From: Spirochaetia bacterium
GTDB lineage: Bacteria; Spirochaetota; Spirochaetia; UBA9216
Length of the DNA stretch: 64,000 bases
Direction of reading: 5' to 3'
Assembly: GCA_965140585.1 (NCBI GenBank)
Contig: OZ223269.1
Coordinates: 512,001 to 576,000, forward strand
Made by a program: the position numbers and the translations under genes. Shown here piece after piece: positions 48,193 through 56,124 of this stretch. The notes beneath the pieces were generated by a model. The model saw nothing but the letters and a program-made list of their open reading frames with translations, searched no databases and was not told the origin of the DNA. Numbering within the stretch: position 1 is the first letter of the stretch; each line of letters begins with the position of its first letter.

Positions 48193-48998
48193 TCAGTTGC
48201 CTCGATAAAAACTTTTTCTGCAAGTCCGTTCCAGATTACAGGATTAGGATATTTTGAAAATTCTTCTCTGTTTACCTCGCTTCTGTTATAAAAAACGGTT
48301 TCTTCAACCTCGGTTAGAACCCCCCGGTCAAGGGCTGTCTGAGTGAGATATATAGATTTCTCTAAAGAGTTTAGAATTTCAATTCTTCGTAATTCATCAC
48401 TACAGAGCTGATTCATAAAGTACCATGAGAATAGGGCAGTTTTCGTTTTTCCATCTATACCCCGACTTATGAGGTTACTTTCATCAAATCTGCAAGCTGC
48501 AGCCAGTAGCGAGCCTGGCAGTTTGCGTCTAAGCTGTCCTATTTTACCGTCAATAGCCCAGATGGAGTCCGGGTTGAGTGTTTTTAAAGAGTTGAGAAAC
48601 TCATCTCCCCAGGCTCCATCAGCAATAAGAATTTTTCCTTTACAGTCAAGGTTTCTCCACATTTGAGGAAACCAGAGATTCCACTCGCTTGATATATGAA
48701 ACTGCGGTCGCATGCTTATTATAATGAATATACATAAAGCCTCTTCAGGTATTTGCGAAAATGCTGTCTTAAAGAAAACTGCATTTGTACTGGGTATGTA
48801 TTCAGACATGATTATTGTCTGCGGATATCTCCGGCTCAGGCTGTCGGTAAGTGTTTTATGGTTAGTGAGATTTTTCTCCGGGTCCCATATTATAATATAA
48901 GTATCGTTTGCTGTGAAATTCATTTCAGATGGAAGGCATGAGACATATAAAGTCGATATACTTAATATAAATATTAGACGCAGAACTTTTTTGGCCAT
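48189..48998 (-). CDS. Lipoprotein with degenerate caspase-like (clan CD) fold
   Basis: Lipobox YVSC. Clan CD-like segments KILIADGAWGDEF, LAAACRFDES and LFSWYF lack the catalytic His and Cys. Confidence 0.55.
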   Translation of the reverse strand: MAKKVLRLIFILSISTLYVSCLPSEMNFTANDTYIIIWDPEKNLTNHKTLTDSLSRRYPQTIIMSEYIPSTNAVFFKTAFSQIPEEALCIFIIISMRPQFHISSEWNLWFPQMWRNLDCKGKILIADGAWGDEFLNSLKTLNPDSIWAIDGKIGQLRRKLPGSLLAAACRFDESNLISRGIDGKTKTALFSWYFMNQLCSDELRRIEILNSLEKSIYLTQTALDRGVLTEVEETVFYNRSEVNREEFSKYPNPVIWNGLAEKVFIEATE

Positions 48999-49126
48999 AT
49001 TTTATGATATCTCCGGCATGTAAGACGGTCAATCAAAAAAAATCAAATACTTTAATTATATATAAAGTAAAAACATAGTTAATATATTTATATTGGGATA
49101 TAGTAAACTTGTAAATATTTTAGGAA

Positions 49127-49825
49127 GTGATAGTAAAATTGCATAAAATAAGAACAGAATCTAAACGAATAATTTTTGTTACATTCGGAATTATTATATT
49201 TGTATCAGTTTTTTTATCCTGCAATACGATAGCATCGGAGACCGGCAATAATATAAAGGTTGCGTGTATTGGTGACAGTATTACAGAAGGAACATTAATA
49301 CCAAACAAAAATAAAAACAGCTATCCTTCCCAATTGGGTTTTCTACTTAATTCCGGATACACTGTCAGGAATTTCGGAGTGAGCGGAGCCTGTGTACAGA
49401 GGCACTCAAACAAGCCATATTCAGAATTACCCGAGTATAAGCGATCAATGGAGTTTCAGCCTGATATTGTCCTGTTTATGCTTGGTTCGAATGACTCAAA
49501 AACTTTTAACTGGCACAGGTCCGAGTTTACTTCGGATTTTGAAAAAATCATTTCTTCATATCGGAACCTTTCTTCCAGACCCAGAATTATTGTAATGACA
49601 TCTATTCCTGCTTATTCAGATTTGTACAGTATTCAGGGAGAAGTGATTGATAATGAAATTGTACCTTATATAAAAGATTTTTGTATAAAATCAAACATTG
49701 AAATGATAGATCTGAACTGTGTATTTCTGGAAAGACTTGAGCTGTACTCCTTTGATAAAATTCACCTTAATAAGAACGGCGGCAGATATATGGCGAAAAT
49801 TATTTTTGAGTCTATAGATTGGTAA
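49127..49825 (+). CDS. SGNH/GDSL esterase lipoprotein
   Basis: ACIGDSITEG, NFGVSG, LGSND and DKIH motifs. Confidence 0.92.
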   Translation: MIVKLHKIRTESKRIIFVTFGIIIFVSVFLSCNTIASETGNNIKVACIGDSITEGTLIPNKNKNSYPSQLGFLLNSGYTVRNFGVSGACVQRHSNKPYSELPEYKRSMEFQPDIVLFMLGSNDSKTFNWHRSEFTSDFEKIISSYRNLSSRPRIIVMTSIPAYSDLYSIQGEVIDNEIVPYIKDFCIKSNIEMIDLNCVFLERLELYSFDKIHLNKNGGRYMAKIIFESIDW

Positions 49826-49909
49826 AAGTTTCTGAAAGTTTAAAATAAATTCAATCATATTAAATCTACTTTCTCCACGGCAGGAAAGTCGCAGGCTTCC
49901 CGTTCCTTA

Positions 49910-50230
49910 TTACAGGAGGTACTGAGCAAGTGTCGGAATTATTCCCTAACGTAGTTCTCCCGATACTGAACTCCGGTGTTCATCAGCTATTATGGGAATT
50001 GAGTTTAGTGATCTGACGGCAGTTCTTGCCCTGCTGATTATTTCTTCGGCTACGGGGGCCGGTCCGACAGGACGACTCAGACGGTCGAGAAAAAATACTC
50101 CCAGTTCATTTACAAGCATGGAAATCTGTACACTTAGAGTCGGCTGTGTTACAAAACAGGCCTAGGCAGCCCTCGAAAAACTTCCGTATTCTATTACCGC
50201 CAGTACGAATTCGATTTGCTGAATTGTCAT
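49910..50230 (-). pseudogene. oxyR: OxyR-like LysR regulator pseudogene
   Basis: MTIQQIEFVLAVIEYGSFSRAA*ACFVTQPTLSVQI..ELGV..DR..GELR*GIIPTLAQYLL*. In-frame TAG at codons 23 and 95, then truncated. Confidence 0.85.
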
Positions 50231-50275
50231 ATAGATACTATCTATCATAACTTAGAAAATATCAATTTTGTCTAT
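50231..50275. promoter_or_regulatory. OxyR-type binding site
   Basis: ATAG-N7-CTAT at 50231-50245, followed by TTAG-N7-CAAT and CTAT at roughly helical spacing. Confidence 0.7.
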
Positions 50276-50320
50276 AATAAAACTGCAAAGCTCAGGATAA
50301 CACATCCTGTACAAACAGCC

Positions 50321-50720
50321 ATGGTATTCTATTTTAATTTGTAGGAATTATCAGGATTATCAACCCTGTACTGCCGACAACTGTCTTTTTTATTTTGGCC
50401 AGCGGATTTCTGCTCAAGTCAAATCCTGTGCTGTACAGATGGCTGCACAGAAATCGTCTAACCGGGGCATTCCTCAGATTTATACAAGAGATGAGGGGGT
50501 AAGCAGAAAAAAAAACAAAGGCTGGAGTATAGCCACTCTATGGATAACCATTCTGATTTCAGCCTGGTATGTCAGGAGTTTGTGACCTGTACTTATTTTA
50601 CTTGCGGTTGTCGGTATCGGGGTCACTTGGCATATCGCAGCTATAAAGCCAAGGGAGATTAATATAGAAAAAATAGAAAAACATCTGAAAATGATGGGAG
50701 AATTTAAAGATGCTGTTTAA
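50321..50720 (+). pseudogene. ybaN: YbaN (DUF454) membrane protein pseudogene
   Basis: GIIRIINPVLPTTVFFILAS..KSNPVLYRWLHRNRLTG, with frameshifts and an internal TGA. Confidence 0.75.
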
Positions 50721-50742
50721 AAAGCGATGGAGATTGAAAATT

Positions 50743-50885
50743 ATGAGTAGTAACGGAAAATATTCGGTAACGGACGCAAGGGGAGAATCTGCAGTAAAAA
50801 GAACATCAAACAGGGACTGGTGGCCTAATCAGCTGAACTCAAAATACTTCACCAGAATCCTAAATCACTGAATCCCATGGAATGC
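50743..50885 (+). pseudogene. katG: Catalase-peroxidase N-terminal remnant
   Basis: MSSNGKYSVT..RTSNRDWWPNQLN, frameshift, LKILHQNPKSLNPM. The rest of the gene is absent. Confidence 0.88.
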
Positions 50886-50900
50886 TTATTAGGGATCATC

Positions 50901-51302
50901 TCAGAGTGGGGTTTTTTTGTCACAGTCGTCAAGCAGAATCTCAAGAGCCCCTATGGACATAGTCAGCTCTTTAATCGACATACCCAGGGATATTAAAAGA
51001 AACAGAAGACTTACTGCGAACAGAATCTCTCCGACGGTACTTTGGCCGTAAAAAAGCAGCAACATTGTCGCCACACACAAAAAAAAGGAAATAACTCCGA
51101 AGATCTGCATATTCCTGATAATATAAATTCGTGAACGGAGGTTTTTTATCTGTAGCTCAAGATGATCTTCATGTGTTCTTGCTGATTCCTTATGCAGATC
51201 ACGTATCAATCCGGCAATAGTAAGATAACGGTTGGTGTAAGCCAGAAGCAGCAGTGAAATTGCAGGAAACAGCAGTGCCGGGGTTGTAAGTGTAAACTCC
51301 AT
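50901..51302 (-). CDS. DUF2721 family membrane protein
   Basis: MEFTLTTPALLFPAISLLLLAYTNRYL. SD AAGGAGG precedes the ATG at 51302. Confidence 0.88.
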   Translation of the reverse strand: MEFTLTTPALLFPAISLLLLAYTNRYLTIAGLIRDLHKESARTHEDHLELQIKNLRSRIYIIRNMQIFGVISFFLCVATMLLLFYGQSTVGEILFAVSLLFLLISLGMSIKELTMSIGALEILLDDCDKKTPL

Positions 51303-51422
51303 ACAGGCCTCCTTTCGTTTCTTATGCAAAGATAATAAAAATATACAGGAGAGTCAAAGTCGGAAATCTGATATAATTTAAACATATATTCTGAATTTAC
51401 CCAAAAGGCGGAAAGTATTGTT

Positions 51423-51929
51423 TTGAAAATTGTTCGTGCTGAAATAACAGATATAGATTATATAATGGAGATTATTATTGCCTGTGTAAAAGATATGGAA
51501 AGCAAGGGTATCTTTCAATGGAACGAACATTACCCTGATAGTTCCGTCATAATTGAAGATATCGGGAGTCAGTCTGCCTATCTGCTGGTTGAAGAGGATG
51601 CCTGTTTTGCATATGTCTCCATAAATGAGGTTCAGCCTGAAGAGTATAAGACTATCAAGTGGAATGAAAACACCGGAAAAATTCTTGTAGTACACAGGTT
51701 ATCTGTACATCCTGATCGGCAGGGGCGTGGTGCTGCCCGCGGACTTATGGAATTTATTCAAAAATATGCAGTTGAGAATGACTATTCATTTATCAGGCTT
51801 GATGCATACAGTAAAAATCCGGCAGCATTAAATCTATATGAAAAAAGCGGATTCCGAAAAATGGGCGAGGGTTATTTTCCTTTTAGAGAACATCCTTTTT
51901 ATTTCTTTGAAAAATCGCTAATAATTTAA
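51423..51929 (+). CDS. GNAT N-acetyltransferase
   Basis: GIFQWNEHYP, HRLSVHP, QGRG and RLDAYSKNPAALNLY motifs. Confidence 0.9.
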   Translation: MKIVRAEITDIDYIMEIIIACVKDMESKGIFQWNEHYPDSSVIIEDIGSQSAYLLVEEDACFAYVSINEVQPEEYKTIKWNENTGKILVVHRLSVHPDRQGRGAARGLMEFIQKYAVENDYSFIRLDAYSKNPAALNLYEKSGFRKMGEGYFPFREHPFYFFEKSLII

Positions 51930-52050
51930 TTGTTGCCAAAATAAGTAATGTCAATTGATACCATTTAAAAATTACAATTTCTTTTTAGATTTAAAAATCT
52001 GCTCAATGCAGCCGATTCTTACAGATATAATCACAGTTCTTCAGGTCTGA

Positions 52051-52078
52051 ATAGGCTTCCCGAACCCGGAAAGCCTAT
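52051..52078. terminator. Hairpin between convergent genes
   Basis: ataggctt..aagcctat stem. Confidence 0.6.
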
Positions 52079-52087
52079 GCTTAATAC

Positions 52088-53935
52088 TTATAATATTTTT
52101 CTTCTTTCGAGTATCTCATCAGGAATATTGCTCAGCAGTTTAACAAGTTCATCAAATATGAAATCAACATCTACAACTGCTGCAACATTTCCTTCAGAGT
52201 TAAGTATCGGTTCGGCTATTGTAATAATCATACGGCCAGTATATTTTGAAAAAAACAAATCCGAAACAAAACGTTCCTTTTTATCAAGAACACTTTGAAA
52301 CCAGTCTTTCTCGGTGAAGTTTTTATTCATCAGATTTCGAAAACTGCCTTTATCACCTCTTTGTGTATAAACCTGGGAGAGCCGCTGGCCGTCAGTATTG
52401 ATTATGGAAAGCAGCTGGATTGAACCTTCTTCCTTTGCTATATTGTTAAGATATTTCTCCATTGTATCCGCATTCACCGAAAGCACTTCAGGAGAACCTG
52501 AAATCTTTTCGGCTATTCTTGTAGCCTTCAGAACTGCAGCCTTCTTAACCTTCTGAAAGTCTGATTCAAAAAGGGATGGAATATGATGTTTGGCCTGAGC
52601 AATCATTTCATCGGTTGATATACTCGTTGTCCGTCCCTGAGCATACTGCTCCATAACCCATTCATATATTCGTTTGACGCCGGGATGCCGTTTGCTAACT
52701 TCTACTGTATCCAGAGTGTTTTCAAATTTAACATAGTCGGTAAGCCAGGCGGCAATTCCGGCAGCACCTGCTTTATCAGTAATCATCAGTTTAAGCGGAC
52801 GATTAAGTAGTCTGCCCGTATCAAAAATGTTATAAATTTCTTCATTCTTTAATATTCCATCTGCATGTACACCGGCTCTCGTTGTATTGAATTCTTCTCC
52901 AATGAAGGGGTAATTAGTGGGAATTACAGCCTTGATAACATTACGATAGTACTCGGCAATCTCAGTAATTACTCTGGTATCAAGTTCTCTGTTGCTTCCT
53001 TTAAGTCCGATATATTCAATAACAGCGGCTTCAAGAGGCGGGTTTCCGGTTCTTTCGCCGTAACCAAGCAGAGAGGCGTTTAATGATGATGCTCCGTATA
53101 GCCAGGCTGTTGCAGCATTAGTATGTACCTTGTGAAAATCATTGTGCCCATGCCATTCCAGCCATTCGGATGGATAATCCGCTTCCTGCCGAAATGCATA
53201 CAAAAGCTTCGGAATACTTCTGGGAAGTACAGTCCCCTGGTATGATAGACCATATCCCATTGTGTCGCATAATCTTATCTTTACAGGTGTACCGCTTTCA
53301 TCAGCAAGCTTTTTAAGTTCCTGAGCAAAGGGTATACAGAATCCGTATATATCCGAGCGCGTAACATCTTCAAAATGACAGCGGGGAATTATTCCCTCAG
53401 AAAGGGCGGCTTTAACTATACCAAGATATTCATCCATTATCCGGACCCGGTTTTTTTTAAGCTTCAGGAAAATATGGTAGTCAGATACTGATGTCAGTAT
53501 ACCGGTTTCTTTAAGTCCGATTGATTTTACTAATTTGAAATCTTCAGCGTTAGCTCTGATCCAACCGGTAATTTCGGGAAATTTATAGCCGAGTGAAAGA
53601 CATGCCTCTACAGCTTCTCGGTCACGATGGCTATAGAGGAAGAACTCACTCTGTCTGATTATTCCGGAATCTCCTGCCAGCTTGTGCAGCATGGAAAAGA
53701 TTTCTTTTATCTGTAACGGTGTATAGGGAGAACGTGCCTGTTGCCCGTCGCGAAAAGTAGTGTCGGTTATCCAGATATTTTCCGGGAAATCCATAGGTAC
53801 TGTTTTACCGTCAAAAAGTATTTTTGGTACTTCAGAGTACGGAAACTGTTCACGATAAAGCTGCGGTTCCTTAACATCGATTAATTGATATCTGATGTCT
53901 GGTACAGTCATGAGGTTTGAGTATGAGTTTATCAT
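52088..53935 (-). CDS. Re-citrate synthase-like DRE-TIM metallolyase with C-terminal Cache-like domain
   Basis: ITDTTFRDGQQAR, RCHFEDVTR, HGHNDF, GERTGN and TRAGVHADG. Tail reads KDWFQSV..SDLFFSKYTGRMIITIAEPI..G..AVVDVD. Confidence 0.82.
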   Translation of the reverse strand: MINSYSNLMTVPDIRYQLIDVKEPQLYREQFPYSEVPKILFDGKTVPMDFPENIWITDTTFRDGQQARSPYTPLQIKEIFSMLHKLAGDSGIIRQSEFFLYSHRDREAVEACLSLGYKFPEITGWIRANAEDFKLVKSIGLKETGILTSVSDYHIFLKLKKNRVRIMDEYLGIVKAALSEGIIPRCHFEDVTRSDIYGFCIPFAQELKKLADESGTPVKIRLCDTMGYGLSYQGTVLPRSIPKLLYAFRQEADYPSEWLEWHGHNDFHKVHTNAATAWLYGASSLNASLLGYGERTGNPPLEAAVIEYIGLKGSNRELDTRVITEIAEYYRNVIKAVIPTNYPFIGEEFNTTRAGVHADGILKNEEIYNIFDTGRLLNRPLKLMITDKAGAAGIAAWLTDYVKFENTLDTVEVSKRHPGVKRIYEWVMEQYAQGRTTSISTDEMIAQAKHHIPSLFESDFQKVKKAAVLKATRIAEKISGSPEVLSVNADTMEKYLNNIAKEEGSIQLLSIINTDGQRLSQVYTQRGDKGSFRNLMNKNFTEKDWFQSVLDKKERFVSDLFFSKYTGRMIITIAEPILNSEGNVAAVVDVDFIFDELVKLLSNIPDEILERRKIL

Positions 53936-54047
53936 TTTTACTTCTCCCTTTGTGTGTGTTTATTTATGTTTGTACGATTAATGAAGGTTTGTGTAAACAT
54001 TAAACTTACAAATATGGGCAAAAAATGTAAGAATTATGTATGGATAT

Positions 54048-54953
54048 TTAGGTGGAGACGTTGTTTGTGGTTTGATTTGCCCAGTTGATGATTTCGACTA
54101 TATCATCTGAAACAAGATCTGCGGCTTTTAGGGCCTCTTCAGGCAAAGAAGATACAGCAGCACCCCCGGCTGAAATTCTAATCCCTGACCCGAATTCGCG
54201 CCTGACGGCTCTTATAATACCGGATGCAGTATTAATATTTTGATTCAGAGTCACAGAAATCAGCAGAATATCTGTTTGATTTTCTCTTAAATGATTAATT
54301 AACGCCCCTGCGGGGACCTGAGCTCCAAGAAATTGATTTTTCCACCCCGCATGCTCAAGCAGATAGCTGACTATTCGAAGTCCAAGTGTATGCTGCTCTC
54401 CGCTTGGAGTCATGCTGCATATAGTTCCCTTCAGAGGTAAGGAGTGGGTGGTGTGCGTGTGCACAGAAATTATGCATTCAAGGATTGTCTCACTTATTAA
54501 ATGCTCTTCTTCTACTCCGTATATTCCTTCATTCCATTCGTCACCCGTTTTTTGCAATGATGGTATAAGTAAATCAAGGAATATCTGCTCTTCACTGTAA
54601 AGTTCACTGTTCAGAAGATTGAGACAGAATTTTCCTGCTTCTGTTCTGGAGCTCAGACATATGCTAAGGAATTTTTCAGTTTCTTTTGTGAGTTCAGCAG
54701 ATTTACGGTAATTAAATGCCTGAGAGCTTGTCTGTGATTTATTGAAGTCTCTGCCTGTAAGTTTATCAAGGCTTGTATTAAAAAAGTCTGCAAGCTTTAT
54801 AAGTGTCTCAAGATCAGGGTTTCGTTTTCCGGTTTCATAGTTGGCTACTGCAGTCTGAACAATACCAATCTCTAATGCGAGTTTTTTTTGTGTGATTCCA
54901 TTTCTTTTTCTGTACATTCTGAGTTTATCAGACAATTCCTGATTCTGTTTCAT
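54048..54953 (-). CDS. XRE-HTH transcriptional regulator fused to a CarH-type cobalamin-binding module
   Basis: HTH_3-type N-terminus (ITQKKLA..ANYETGKRNP..SLDKL), W-x9-EH (WNEGIYGVEEEH), ExHxxG (EQHTLG), LLISVT and AGG. The ATG at 54953 is preferred. Confidence 0.88.
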   Translation of the reverse strand: MKQNQELSDKLRMYRKRNGITQKKLALEIGIVQTAVANYETGKRNPDLETLIKLADFFNTSLDKLTGRDFNKSQTSSQAFNYRKSAELTKETEKFLSICLSSRTEAGKFCLNLLNSELYSEEQIFLDLLIPSLQKTGDEWNEGIYGVEEEHLISETILECIISVHTHTTHSLPLKGTICSMTPSGEQHTLGLRIVSYLLEHAGWKNQFLGAQVPAGALINHLRENQTDILLISVTLNQNINTASGIIRAVRREFGSGIRISAGGAAVSSLPEEALKAADLVSDDIVEIINWANQTTNNVST

Positions 54954-54964
54954 AATTACAAAAT

Positions 54965-55039
54965 AACACAATATGTGGTTTTAGAAAAGATAAATTATTC
55001 GAGAAAGTTCTTTACAAACACAATATGTGGTATTACTTT
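54965..55039. promoter_or_regulatory. Twin operators overlapping divergent promoters
   Basis: AACACAATATGTGGT occurs at 54965-54979 and 55017-55031, 52 bp apart, with core palindrome CACA-ATA-TGTG. The second copy fills the spacer of TTTACA-17-TACTTT. Confidence 0.82.
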
Positions 55040-55059
55040 TGTTATATAAGGAGAATTAT

Positions 55060-56124
55060 ATGAAAAGTTCCAGAAATTACATAGCTTATACAATAATCAT
55101 CATATCCTCATTTATAGCTATTTCCTGCTCCTCAAGTGAAGCGGAAGATGTCAGTGCTGCAAGTCCAATCCCTGCAGAACCCGACCCTGTTTCAGTTGAA
55201 GCTTTTAAAGCTGATTACGGAAAGCTGGTATCATCAGTTGATGCCTCTGGACTTTTAAGGGGTGCGAAGGAAGCCTCGATTGTTGCAGAAACCTCCGGAA
55301 AGATTACCGCCATGAAAGCTGGAATCGGTGATTATCTTGAAGCCGGTGCATCTGTTTTAACTGTTGATGATTCAATTGCAGTTCTTAATCTAAAGCAGGC
55401 TGAACAGGATTTAGAAAGTATAAAGATTGACTATGATGCTGTTGAACGTGCTTATCGTAACGGCAATGCAAGTAATGCAGAATATATAAAGGCAAAAAGC
55501 GCTTATACAGGCGCAGAAGCCAGGCTGGAGCAGGCTCGGAAAAATTACGAAAATACTTCAATTGCTGCTCCTGTAGAAGGATATCTTGCAGATCTGAATA
55601 GCAGCCTTGAAGAAGGCAGCTATCTTTCTGCAGGAAGTCCAGTAGGCGTTATAGTAGATCTATCCGGTGTCAAAGTGGATGTTTTTGTCAGTGATGACGA
55701 TGTGGGAAATATATCAGAAGGAGCCCCTGCTGTAATAAAGGTAGACGGACTTGAAATTGTTTCAGAAGTAGAGGCCGTTGCACTCAGCAGTGACAGAGCA
55801 ACCGGCAGCTTTAAAGTGATTGTTTCTGCTGCTAATCCATACGGAACAAGAATCCGTTCCGGAATGCCTGCGGTGGTAAGTATTAATCCAGAGGTTGAAG
55901 ACAGCCTGGTTATACCTTCTGCTGCTGTGGTTAATTTCGGCGGCAGCAGTTTTGTATATGTTGAGCAATCCGGAAAAGCCAGGCTTACAGAGGTTGAACC
56001 CGGGAAGCTTGCCGGAGACCGGATAGAAATCAGATCAGGGCTTATGCAGGGAGAAATAGTTCTTGTTACCGGAATAAAGAGTCTTGCTGACGGATATCCT
56101 GTTATTTTCAGACTAAGGGACTAA
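55060..56124 (+). CDS. RND efflux periplasmic adaptor (MFP), lipoprotein
   Basis: Lipobox AISC, lipoyl halves, IAAPVEG, IRSGM and IPSAAV. SD AAGGAG precedes the ATG at 55060. Confidence 0.93.
   Translation: MKSSRNYIAYTIIIISSFIAISCSSSEAEDVSAASPIPAEPDPVSVEAFKADYGKLVSSVDASGLLRGAKEASIVAETSGKITAMKAGIGDYLEAGASVLTVDDSIAVLNLKQAEQDLESIKIDYDAVERAYRNGNASNAEYIKAKSAYTGAEARLEQARKNYENTSIAAPVEGYLADLNSSLEEGSYLSAGSPVGVIVDLSGVKVDVFVSDDDVGNISEGAPAVIKVDGLEIVSEVEAVALSSDRATGSFKVIVSAANPYGTRIRSGMPAVVSINPEVEDSLVIPSAAVVNFGGSSFVYVEQSGKARLTEVEPGKLAGDRIEIRSGLMQGEIVLVTGIKSLADGYPVIFRLRD

Noticed and set aside
53988-54012. Possible Rex operator upstream of the Re-citrate synthase gene
   Set aside because: TTGTGTAAACATTAAACT matches only the left half of TTGTGAA-N4-TTCACAA.
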